DNA of 26,926 bases from Synechococcus sp. (GTDB taxonomy: Bacteria; Cyanobacteriota; Cyanobacteriia; Thermostichales; PCC-7336). The number at the start of each line of letters is the position of its first letter. Within the stretch, counting starts at the first letter, position 1. Shown piece after piece: positions 8,333-16,925 of the stretch. The notes beneath the pieces were generated by a model, which was not told the origin of the DNA, did no database searches, and was given only the letters and a program-made list of their open reading frames with translations. The translations under genes and the position numbers were made by a program. The stretch is from assembly GCA_051439605.1 (NCBI GenBank), contig JBFRWN010000026.1:1-26926 (forward strand), written 5' to 3'.

Positions 8333-10030
8333 ATGAAACGGATTGCTGCCGAAGAGTTGCTTGCTTATCGTCGCTGTAGGCGGCAACCCTATCTCCAGCA
8401 TTTTGGTCCCCAAGATCGGCAAAGCCCCCCCAGCGATTTTTTAAACCAATTGAGACAGGGGCGACAGCAACATCGGAACACCGTCAAACACTATGCCCCC
8501 GGAATTGATTTGGGTGGATTCAATCGCAACAGTTGGCCCGAGCTTTGTGCTCGGGTTTTGCGTACTTTGGAGCTAATGGAGGCGGGAGAAGAGCGGATTT
8601 ATCGTGGTGTGCTCATGCACCCGTTGAACTTGCCAGGGAATCCCGTTTTGGTGAGTCGGCCAGATATTTTGGTGCGAACTCCACTCCCCGAACCCATGGC
8701 CGATAGCGATTCTGCCAACTATCAGGGCAAGCGCGCTCGTTTCAAGACACGCATAGATCTAGAGACTCGCATTCATTCCCAAGATAGGGGGGTGGAAGAG
8801 TCCGATCGGTTGCATCAGCTCCCAAGACCTGACATCTCCGTGGTGCACCCCCGACAGCGTCGTTGGTATTACTTGCCTGCTGATGTCCGGGCCAGCAAGC
8901 GGGTCAAGTCTGACTACACTCTAGTCTTGGCCCTACATTCCGAACTGTTACAACTGCTGTGGGGGGTGGAGGGGGAAAGGGCAATCGCTATCCTGCTGGA
9001 TGGAAAATGGCGTCGGGTGGGATTGCGAACAGCGAAGCAAAATGCTCGTCGCCTCTTGATGGAGTACGTGGGGGCTATGGCCCAAAAACAAGCCCCCGAG
9101 GCCCACGTCACTCGTAGTCGCTGCAGCTTGTGCGTCTGGCAGGAGCATTGCCGCGATCTTGCCCGCGTCGAACACCCTTTAACTCTGTTGCCAGGGATCA
9201 CAGCTACTATTTACGCCACGCTGCGAAAAATTGGCATCGTCACGGTGGAAGCTCTTGCGACTACCGCCAGCGATCGCATTCAACATTTGCCAGGAATTGG
9301 ACGACCCACAGCTGAGCGCATTATTTGCCAAGCAATGGCCCAGAGGGACGGGCGGGCATTACCGATGAAAGCCTTTGTATTACCGCGTTCGCCAGTCGAA
9401 CTGTATTTCGATATAGAGGCAGAACCCCAGCAAAACGTCGCCTATTTACTAGGAGTCTTAGCCGTTCACCATCAGCCCGCTACCGTTCAGTCACGGACTC
9501 GTCCAGACCCTATCCTGCCGGAGCAGGAAGCGACCTTTCACCCATTTTTGGCGGAACGCCCCATCGACGAACGGGACTGTTGGGAACAGTTTGTCCAGCT
9601 CACTCAACGCTATCCAACTGCCCCCATTTATCATTTCCATGCCTTTGAAATCCATACGTGCCGCCAGTTGTCGGAGCGCTATGGCACCCCCCGGACGGTG
9701 CTTCGACAGATTCTGAACCGGATGGTGGATTTGCACGAAATTGCCAGCCAATGCGTGGTCATGCCGGTGGAAAGCTATTCCCTCAAACATATGGCCAAAT
9801 GGCAGGGATTTCGCTGGCGTCAGGAGGATGCGGGGGGGGCGCAGGCGGTCTACTGGTATGCCCAGTGGCTCGAAACAGGCGATCGCAGCTTCCTTGATGC
9901 GACAATCACCTACAACGAGGATGACTGTAAAGCGACTTACCACCTCAAACAATGGTTAGAGGACTGGCAAGCAAAGCACTATCCCCAATCCCTGACTGCC
10001 CTGTCCCCCTGCGAACTACCAGCATCCTAG
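8333..10030 (+). CDS. TM0106-family RecB-like putative nuclease (PD-(D/E)xK + HhH + RNase_H_2/DEDDy)
   Basis: LLAYRRCRR, SRPDILV, CSLCVWQEHC, LPGI HhH repeats, LYFDIEAEP, IYHF, VDLHE, PVESYSLK, GFRWR, YNEDDCKAT. Confidence 0.85.
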   Translation: MKRIAAEELLAYRRCRRQPYLQHFGPQDRQSPPSDFLNQLRQGRQQHRNTVKHYAPGIDLGGFNRNSWPELCARVLRTLELMEAGEERIYRGVLMHPLNLPGNPVLVSRPDILVRTPLPEPMADSDSANYQGKRARFKTRIDLETRIHSQDRGVEESDRLHQLPRPDISVVHPRQRRWYYLPADVRASKRVKSDYTLVLALHSELLQLLWGVEGERAIAILLDGKWRRVGLRTAKQNARRLLMEYVGAMAQKQAPEAHVTRSRCSLCVWQEHCRDLARVEHPLTLLPGITATIYATLRKIGIVTVEALATTASDRIQHLPGIGRPTAERIICQAMAQRDGRALPMKAFVLPRSPVELYFDIEAEPQQNVAYLLGVLAVHHQPATVQSRTRPDPILPEQEATFHPFLAERPIDERDCWEQFVQLTQRYPTAPIYHFHAFEIHTCRQLSERYGTPRTVLRQILNRMVDLHEIASQCVVMPVESYSLKHMAKWQGFRWRQEDAGGAQAVYWYAQWLETGDRSFLDATITYNEDDCKATYHLKQWLEDWQAKHYPQSLTALSPCELPAS

Positions 10031-10307
10031 ATGGGGTCCGACACTCTTCGATTGCCTACTGGTCAGGCTCGACGGGCCACCATTCGCGGATGGGATTGCT
10101 GCCCTTTACTCTCACCGGCCTTTCATCGCACTTGCTGGTCGGAGATCGTCTTGACTTGCTCCTCCCACTCCCAATATGAACCCTATAGCGACCGTCAACT
10201 CGCTTAGGATATTTCAGCTATCCCAATCACTGACTGGACATAGATTCCTCTGTCCTAACTGAAATGTCACAAGCTATATTGTTGAACTCACAGGAACAGA
10301 GATTTAG

Positions 10308-10907
10308 ATGGCAGACTGTGGTTGCGAGCTGGAGGAAGCCGCCCAACTTGAGCGCATAACGCTTTCGACGCTTTTGGCGATAAACGGCATAATGTTTGCC
10401 GCTGAGGCTATCGTGGGTTGGTGGGCTGAATCAATTGCACTCCTTGCCGACTCTTTAGATATGCTGGCTGACGCATCCGTCTACGGGCTGGCTCTGTATG
10501 CTGTTGGTCGGTCTCGTCGCTTGCAAGCCAGTGCTGCCAAAGCAAGCGGTGTACTGCAGGTTGCCCTCGGTCTCGGGGTCCTGATTGAAGTTGTGCGTCG
10601 ATTGCTCTTCGGCAGCGATCCCGTCAGTCTATTAATGATAGGAATGGGGGCGATCGCCCTCTGTGCAAACCTGATCTGCCTAATCCTGATTGCCAAGCAC
10701 CGAGAAGGGGGCATTCACATGCGGGCATCCTGGATTTTTTCAGCGAACGATGTCATTGCCAATGTCGGTGTCGTAACTTCCGGGGGCCTGGTGATGGCTC
10801 TCGGGAATCGGTATCCGGATTTGGTCATTGGGACGGTCGTTTCCTGCATCGTGGTTCGCGGAGGCTTGCAGATTTTGCGCGAGGCAAAGCAAGTTCGAGG
10901 GAGATGA
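10308..10907 (+). CDS. Short cation diffusion facilitator (Co/Zn/Cd efflux) without C-terminal domain
   Basis: MADCGC, SIALLADSLDMLADA.VYGLAL, HMRASWIFSANDVIAN.GV, about 6 hydrophobic helices. Confidence 0.85.
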   Translation: MADCGCELEEAAQLERITLSTLLAINGIMFAAEAIVGWWAESIALLADSLDMLADASVYGLALYAVGRSRRLQASAAKASGVLQVALGLGVLIEVVRRLLFGSDPVSLLMIGMGAIALCANLICLILIAKHREGGIHMRASWIFSANDVIANVGVVTSGGLVMALGNRYPDLVIGTVVSCIVVRGGLQILREAKQVRGR

Positions 10908-11025
10908 TGACAGGTGCAACCTCCTCAGATCGGTCGAAGCATGTATTGAATTTCCGAGGGATCGAACTGCTAACCGGGCAAGGCCCCCATGCAGCAGGGT
11001 TGGAGGGATCGCAGTAGGAATCACC

Positions 11026-11652
11026 CTATTTTTGGTAGGTTCCCATCAGCTCGCACTGCTCCAAAATATGTCCGGACATGGCAGCTTCAACGTCTACCTT
11101 GGTGGGAGAACCTCTAAGATTGAGAACGGTATCTAAGGCATAGAGCTTGTGAAAATAGCGATGGCGACCAATCGGGGGGCAAGGTCCGCCGTAGTCTTTC
11201 CGTTGCCAATTATTCAGCCCGATTCCTGTCCCGCTAGGTAAGTCTCGTGTGGCGATCCCTTTTGCAAGAGCAGTAGTGTTGGGTGGAAGGTTATAAAGGA
11301 TCCAATGCACCCACGTCATTTTGGGGGCAGCAGGATCGGGGGCATCGGGATCGTCAACAATCAAGACGAGGCTGCGAGCCCCTTCAGGAATACCTGTCCA
11401 TTGCAAAGGTGGAGAGATGTCGAGACCTTCACAGGTATAGGTTTTGGGTATCTCGCCATTGTGCGTGAAAGCGGGCGAGCTCAGTGAAAGTGTCATAGTG
11501 GTTTGACCGTAAACGAGTTGGTTTTGTCCCCAACCGCCACTCAAGAAAAACAGAAGTAAAGCGATCAAAACTGCGATTGTGCGAACACCCCTTCTACTAT
11601 TTTGACAGGAATGAATGACCATGGATCGAGCACCGACTTTCTCTGTTTTCAT
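11026..11652 (-). CDS. YbhB/YbcL (PEBP, Raf-kinase-inhibitor-like) protein, probably exported
   Basis: LSSPAF..NGEIP..YTCEG.DISPPL.W, LIVDDPDAP, WVHWILYN, YGGPCPP.GRHRYFHKLYALD. N-terminal hydrophobic signal; start uncertain. Confidence 0.92.
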   Translation of the reverse strand: MKTEKVGARSMVIHSCQNSRRGVRTIAVLIALLLFFLSGGWGQNQLVYGQTTMTLSLSSPAFTHNGEIPKTYTCEGLDISPPLQWTGIPEGARSLVLIVDDPDAPDPAAPKMTWVHWILYNLPPNTTALAKGIATRDLPSGTGIGLNNWQRKDYGGPCPPIGRHRYFHKLYALDTVLNLRGSPTKVDVEAAMSGHILEQCELMGTYQK

Positions 11653-11718
11653 AGCATTTCAACACAAATCCCGATGTAAACCCGAGCCACTGAACTGTCG
11701 AGTGGTATGGAGGATGGA

Positions 11719-11883
11719 ATGGTAGAAGATTATGCACTCGTACTCATCGCTATCTTTGCAGTCTGGATCGCCCTTCGCTTTCTCTTGCCACAAAGGGCTG
11801 CAGAGGGTCACTCCAAAACCTCGCCGGAGGACTCAAAATCCACAGAGGAATTCCGTCAAAATGAAACGGACGAAAGTCCCTAG
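11719..11883 (+). CDS. Small single-pass membrane protein (54 aa; not in ORF track)
   Basis: GGAGG (11709-11713) lies 5 nt before the ATG. Translation MVEDYALVLIAIFAVWIALRFLLPQRAAEGHSKTSPEDSKSTEEFRQNETDESP* gives one TM helix and an acidic tail. Confidence 0.6.
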   Translation: MVEDYALVLIAIFAVWIALRFLLPQRAAEGHSKTSPEDSKSTEEFRQNETDESP

Positions 11884-12028
11884 AGAATTTTAAAGCCAGA
11901 TTTTTTCCAGCTTGAGCTCGAACGAGGCCGGAAACAACTGTTGTTCGCCTTACAATCAAAGCTCAATTGGGCTCTCGGTCTAGGTGCATTCCCAGAAAAG
12001 CTGATTCAAAACACCATGCAATTGCGTA

Positions 12029-12670
12029 ATGCTCGCAGCTCAACTTACAGCTGAAGTGAAATGGTTTTTCAAAGGGAGACTGACTGACAATGTGGCGCAC
12101 TGGTTTGAGACAGTTATGCATAACCCTCAAGTGCAGCCAAAAAGAGTTGATTTCTATATATTCAATCGAGAAACAGTATCCCTTGGGATGAAGATTCGAG
12201 AAAATCGAATCGAAATTAAACAGTGCTTCTGTCGTGACAGAGACATCACCTTTAACAAGCAGGTTATCGGCAATATCGAGCACTGGAAAAAGTGGAGTTT
12301 CCCGTTAGCAAAAATGCCCGATACAGATACAGTATTGGTGCCAGACTGGATCCCAGTCGAGAAACAGCGAAAGCAGTGCTGCTTTACTCTCGATCGCAAC
12401 ACTCAAGCTGTCACTGCCGTCGTTCCCACATTCGACCTGCTCCAATGTTGTACTGTCGAGCTCACCGAACTGCTTCTATTCCAAGATAAATGGTGGAGTT
12501 TGGGATTGGAAGCTCGGGGAGAGGAGCATGACATTCGAGACTTATTGGTCCTCGTAGCCAGCCATATTTTTAAGAGCAACAAACCTCCCTCTCTCAACAG
12601 CCAAAATTCCTACGGCTATCCTCAATGGCTCCAGATAGCTAGTGCCAGAAACTATTCCTCTGAGTTTTGA
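12029..12670 (+). CDS. CYTH-like (triphosphate tunnel fold) hypothetical protein
   Basis: EVKWFF, R.DFY, MKIRENRIEIK, WKKWS, VEKQR, CTVELTEL, WWSLGLEA pattern of CYTH-like proteins. Confidence 0.6.
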   Translation: MLAAQLTAEVKWFFKGRLTDNVAHWFETVMHNPQVQPKRVDFYIFNRETVSLGMKIRENRIEIKQCFCRDRDITFNKQVIGNIEHWKKWSFPLAKMPDTDTVLVPDWIPVEKQRKQCCFTLDRNTQAVTAVVPTFDLLQCCTVELTELLLFQDKWWSLGLEARGEEHDIRDLLVLVASHIFKSNKPPSLNSQNSYGYPQWLQIASARNYSSEF

Positions 12671-12842
12671 GACTCAAGATTCAGCAAAATATAGGACATA
12701 ACCGGCAATCGATAACCAATAAATACTGCTATGGGCGATCGATATTTCCCTCACTGGCATGCAAAAACAAACCGTGTCAGACTAGATTAAAGAGAAGGCC
12801 GTTAACCGGCCAAATTACTTTCTTAACCTACGGAAACCGATC

Positions 12843-13013
12843 GTGAAAGTTCCTAACTGGAAGGCTAGCGGTCGCCTGCAAGAGAAAGGCCGCAAGCGAC
12901 ATCGTCGCCGCCAACAAAAAGCTAAAGCCTTCAAAGCTCTAGCCAATAGACTGAAAGACTTCGGCGATCGCCGGGGTCTTTCAGTATTAAAGGGACAATG
13001 CCATTTAGGCTGA
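12843..13013 (+). CDS. Small Arg/Lys-rich protein (56 aa; not in ORF track), candidate nonstop-regulated ribosome-rescue-type factor
   Basis: GTG start. MKVPNWKASGRLQEKGRKRHRRRQQKAKAFKALANRLKDFGDRRGLSVLKGQCHLG* has 18 K/R and 3 D/E. It fills the gap between two plus-strand genes and carries an internal hairpin. Confidence 0.6.
   Translation: MKVPNWKASGRLQEKGRKRHRRRQQKAKAFKALANRLKDFGDRRGLSVLKGQCHLG
12951..12990 (+). terminator. Long hairpin (intrinsic terminator or RNase III-type site) inside the 56-aa ORF
   Basis: CTGAAAGACTTCGGC-GATC-GCCGGGGTCTTTCAG forms a 15-bp stem with two G-U pairs, and the 3' arm runs into TCTTTCAGTATT. It ends 26 nt before the stop codon. Confidence 0.65.
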
Positions 13014-13103
13014 CACTCTACTCAGTCCGATGCAGCTTAGCCCACCATTCCCACAGTTCATTTGCAGCAGGCGATAATGGGAATAGGAGTTTGGAGTACT
13101 CCG

Positions 13104-14036
13104 ATGGTTGTCACAAAATTGCAGTCCAGTAACAACGAAACTAAGCCTGATACTGCCCATCCCTACAACTTCTCGAACGCAGAAATAGCGGATGTCCTCG
13201 AACAGGTTGCGGACTTACTTGAAGCCCAGGAGGCAAACCCCTTTCGGGTACGGGCCTATTGGGAAGGGGCACAAACCATTCGCCAGCAGAAAACACCTGT
13301 CGTAGATCTGCTGTTAGCCGATGGAGTCGCAGGATTAGAACAACTCCCTGGTATTGGCAAGAGCTTAGCCGGATCGATTGAAGAATTGGCATACACCGGC
13401 AGATTGCGATCGCTCGAACGCCTCCAGGGGGAAGTCACCCCCGAAGATTTATTTGCCACAATTCCCGGTATTGGCGAAGAGCTCGCTTGTCATATCCATC
13501 GGGAACTGGGTATCGAAACCTTAGAGGAACTAGAGTTAACCGCACACGACGGTCGCCTCGAAACAGTCAAGGGATTTGGCCACCGCCGCGTTCGCCTCGT
13601 TCGCGATGCATTAGCAAGCATGTTGAGTCGCTCTTCTCGCCGACATGCCCGCCTAATCGAGCATCAGGATGCCGTTCGACACAAGCCAATCCCCTTACAT
13701 CCCCCTGTTTCCCTGCTGTTAGCCGTAGATACTCGCTATCGCCGTCTAGCCTCCGCAGGACAGCTGAGAACGATCGCCCCGCGACGCTTTAACCCGGAGG
13801 GCAAAAGCTGGCTACCCATCATGCATTGGGAGCAAGACAGCTGGACGTTCACAGCGCTATTTTCCAATACAGCTCGAGCGCACCAGTTGAACAAAACCCG
13901 AGATTGGGTGGTGATTTTCTACGAGCGGGCCGGTCGAGAAGGGCAATGCACGGTTGTGACGGAAACGCGCGGTTCGCTCGTAGGCCAGCGGGTGGTGCGC
14001 GGACGGGAAATAGAATGCAAACCGATATCGAGGTGA
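13104..14036 (+). CDS. Helix-hairpin-helix protein related to the PolX N-terminus, lacking polymerase and PHP domains
   Basis: NAEIADVLEQVADLLE...NPFRVRAY, LPGIGKSLA, IPGIGEELA..I...LGIETLEEL, VKGFG. C-terminal IAPRRFNPEG..WLP..H...FTALFSNTARAH.L.KTRDWVVI domain. GGAG precedes ATG 13104. Confidence 0.8.
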   Translation: MVVTKLQSSNNETKPDTAHPYNFSNAEIADVLEQVADLLEAQEANPFRVRAYWEGAQTIRQQKTPVVDLLLADGVAGLEQLPGIGKSLAGSIEELAYTGRLRSLERLQGEVTPEDLFATIPGIGEELACHIHRELGIETLEELELTAHDGRLETVKGFGHRRVRLVRDALASMLSRSSRRHARLIEHQDAVRHKPIPLHPPVSLLLAVDTRYRRLASAGQLRTIAPRRFNPEGKSWLPIMHWEQDSWTFTALFSNTARAHQLNKTRDWVVIFYERAGREGQCTVVTETRGSLVGQRVVRGREIECKPISR

Positions 14037-14134
14037 ACTTATGGGCGATCTCACTGCTCCAAGCTGCGATCGAGGAACAAGCGAACAAGTGGGTTTCAAC
14101 TTTTGTCGAGAGTTCGCCGAACAAAGCCAGGCAA

Positions 14135-14392
14135 TTACTTCTTGTTTAACCGCACCGCATACCATTCCACCGTCTGCCCAGGAGCGATCGGCAATTCGCA
14201 GGTGGTTTCAATCAGCCGCTGTGCTTGCTCCTGCACCGTACCAAATTGCTTTACATCTGCATCCACTGCATCGGGATATTCCAGCAACAGCTGCTGCAAA
14301 AACTCCGCTAGCTCTACAGAGGTGACAAACTCTTCCGCCGCCCCCGGCATCAGCAGGACGTAATGATTTTCTTCAAACAGTTGTTCGGGCAT
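14135..14392 (-). CDS. crr7: CRR7-family NDH-1 assembly factor
   Basis: HYVLL.PG..EEFVT..EL...L...Q..LIET.CEL...PG..VEWYAVRL motif. Confidence 0.85.
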   Translation of the reverse strand: MPEQLFEENHYVLLMPGAAEEFVTSVELAEFLQQLLLEYPDAVDADVKQFGTVQEQAQRLIETTCELPIAPGQTVEWYAVRLNKK

Positions 14393-14421
14393 AACCCACT
14401 TCCCTCTAGCTGCTAGGCTGT

Positions 14422-15723
14422 CTAGCTATTCGACCTTACGCTCTCGGGAGCGGGCACCGCTTCAAGTTCGGACTGCGGCTCGGCAGGCTTGCTAAACCAG
14501 CGGAAATACAAAGACTGGGTCATTTCCTTAAGCGGAAATAACACGTAGGTCAGCGGATTGATCGTGACAATAATATTGCGGCTATCCCGTTTTGCAGCCT
14601 TCACAATCCGTCGGGCCACCCCTTCCCCCGACATCACCCCGATGGGGTTGAGGTTGCTCTTGAACGGACCCAAAATTAGTTTGCGGACGGTGCAGCGGGC
14701 ATCCAAACGGCGCAGCGTTACCAGATCCCCTAAGGCGCGCTTCGAGAGTTCGTACAGAGGACTGACGGCAGGCAGAATCTCCGCCTCAGAGGTGTTCACC
14801 CAAACTTCCTTGGTAGCGATATCTGCATTGGTGGTCACCTGCCCTAAAAACAAGTCCAGCAAGCGCAAACTAGAAAATGTATTAATTTCATACGATCGCG
14901 CGATCGCCTCTGGCGTCCTATCCCCATGACCGTTAATACCGTGGTTGAGCACTAAAATATCCACCTTGGCTTGACACAACCGAGCCGCCAACGCCTGTTC
15001 TTGTCCCACAGACCACGTCAGAGTGCGCAGAGCGATCGCCTCGCCATCCACCTCCACCGACAGTTCCCTATTGCTGGAGGTGAGGGCAATCGGTTTAGCT
15101 CCGGCGCGATGCAACTCAGCCAGCAGGGCTCGCCCCAGCGTTCCGCTCGCCCCTGTTACCGCAATTCTTTTGCCTTTCAACGACAGAGCTGTACCCATCA
15201 GCTTGTCCACCAGCGTCAACGTACTGCAATAGTAAGCGCGATCGTCATCAAAGTGGTGCCGCCAATGATAAGGCCGGTTCACCCAAAAAGGGGTTGGAGC
15301 TGCTTGAAAGGGGCCAGGCATATGAGTCAAATCCGTCAACTCCCTAGCCCATTCGCTACCGCTGCCGCGAGCGATACAGCTAGCCAAGAAACTGAGGACG
15401 TAAAGAATGCCCAGAGTGGTCCAATTGGCATGAGCTGGATCGAGCAGGAAAGCAACCCACCCAAACGCGATCGCGAACGCCAGCATCACCAAACATTCCG
15501 GAAAATCGTTATGCCATTGTGCCTGCCGATAAATCTCGGGGCTGGCAAACGTTAAATCTCGGCGGAATACGCGGTGGTGCCAAGCGTGATGGCGGTACAG
15601 CCAAGGCCATTGGTGGGACAACGCGTGGTAGCAGTCCCGCACAATCTCCGCCCACAGCACAGACCCCAAACCCCAGCCCACAACCGAGAGTACATGAGAC
15701 CAATCGAGCCAACTGAACAGCAT
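14422..15723 (-). CDS. mgdE: Monoglucosyldiacylglycerol epimerase (sterol-desaturase-like domain + SDR)
   Basis: EIVRDCYH..H, HAWHHRVF, NRPYHWRHHFD His boxes, then TGASGTLG, ILVLNHG, WVNTSEAE..PA.SPLYELSKR, RKLILGPFKSNLNPIGVMS. Confidence 0.88.
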   Translation of the reverse strand: MLFSWLDWSHVLSVVGWGLGSVLWAEIVRDCYHALSHQWPWLYRHHAWHHRVFRRDLTFASPEIYRQAQWHNDFPECLVMLAFAIAFGWVAFLLDPAHANWTTLGILYVLSFLASCIARGSGSEWARELTDLTHMPGPFQAAPTPFWVNRPYHWRHHFDDDRAYYCSTLTLVDKLMGTALSLKGKRIAVTGASGTLGRALLAELHRAGAKPIALTSSNRELSVEVDGEAIALRTLTWSVGQEQALAARLCQAKVDILVLNHGINGHGDRTPEAIARSYEINTFSSLRLLDLFLGQVTTNADIATKEVWVNTSEAEILPAVSPLYELSKRALGDLVTLRRLDARCTVRKLILGPFKSNLNPIGVMSGEGVARRIVKAAKRDSRNIIVTINPLTYVLFPLKEMTQSLYFRWFSKPAEPQSELEAVPAPESVRSNS

Positions 15724-15963
15724 TCCGCACCACTTGCCACACTCAAAGCCAGTAGTTAGCTATTCGCCGATCGCGACAGTCGCTCGCCGCAAGATAGCTA
15801 ACAATACTTAGCCCAACTTCGCATAAAAACCGAGACTTCGGATCGTTTTGGCGCGATCGCCAGCTCAATCCGCTTCCTGAACTTGATGACCCAAGCCACT
15901 GTACAAGATATCGAATTTCCTTGATTTATACTCATACAGTAATGAAACACGAGCTACTCTCAG

Positions 15964-16320
15964 ATGTCTGCTGCTGACTCAGATGTTCTTTCTCAAGTTG
16001 CGAATTACTTCAAGCTGCTTTCAGAAGTCAGTCGGTTGCAGGTCTTAAATTGCTTGCGGGACGGTCCCATGAATGTCAACGAGTTGGTGGAAGCGACCGG
16101 ACTTGGACAAGCAAATATCTCCAAACATCTGAAGCTGTTGACTGAAGCCGGCATTCTGGAACGACAGCCCAAGGGAGTGAGTGCCTACTATTCCATTGCC
16201 GATCCGACTATTTTCAACTTGTGCGAACTGGTTTGCGATCGCATTAGCGAACGATTGCTTCAACAAGCCGAATCCTTCAAACAGTTCAAAGCGTTGAGTA
16301 CTCCCAAACGGTCCTCTTGA
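15964..16320 (+). CDS. ArsR/SmtB-family transcriptional regulator
   Basis: VANYFKLLSEVSRLQVL..L..GPMNVNELVEATGLGQANISKHLK.L..AGIL; YYSIADP.IF.LCELVC. Confidence 0.92.
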   Translation: MSAADSDVLSQVANYFKLLSEVSRLQVLNCLRDGPMNVNELVEATGLGQANISKHLKLLTEAGILERQPKGVSAYYSIADPTIFNLCELVCDRISERLLQQAESFKQFKALSTPKRSS

Positions 16321-16437
16321 GAGAACTCTTTAATATTTACAGCCCTCAGAGCATGATATCTTCTCCAGATCTCAGCGATCGCTCTTTGGCTCCGGGCATT
16401 TTTTGGACTCCCCTTCCTTCCATATCTGTCTTGGGTT

Positions 16438-16464
16438 AATCTTTGCGCAAAATCTTTGCGCAAA
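16438..16464. repeat. Exact tandem 13-bp duplication, each copy carrying palindrome TTTGCGCAAA
   Basis: AATCTTTGCGCAA at 16438-16450 and 16451-16463. Confidence 0.8.
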
Positions 16465-16925
16465 TAGAAGGCGGTCTATCTGATGCAATCTCAAACCTGA
16501 CTGATGCCCCGCATACTATTACGTATGCAGGAGGTATGTATAAGTAGAGGTCTCAGACAGGGTCGTTTCATTCTAGATTTGAGCAATGAGTTCTGAGAAC
16601 TTGTTGTGTCAACAGATAGCTGAGTTGAGAGCTGAAGCAGCGTGTTCTTATGAGCACATAAAATATCGCCAATCAGAATGAAAGGGCCCTGGACAATACA
16701 GCTGAGTAAAGGGCGTTAAGCCACCATGAATTAAACTGATAGCGTAGTTGCGCCAGAATCATTCATACTTTAGCTAAATTTCCTCAATTGAACTGAATTA
16801 GCTCGGCATAGGAAGTCCTGACTATTTCATACCTTCTGAACTTAGCAATCAAATATAATGAGATTAGGCAAAAGAGGTTCTCGAAAACTTATCTTTCAGA
16901 TTTCTCTAATATTCTAGCATTTCTA

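Noticed and set aside
10178..10200. AACCCTATAGCGAC resembling a MerR/CadR operator half-site before the CDF gene
   Set aside because: The matching half-site is missing and there is no merR-family gene nearby.
14558..15759. Long plus-strand ORFs antisense to mgdE (and similar shadow ORFs elsewhere)
   Set aside because: They overlap well-supported genes and have no recognisable motifs.
16529..16547. AGGAGG followed by ATG (MYK*)
   Set aside because: SD-ATG spacing is 1 nt and the ORF has only three codons.
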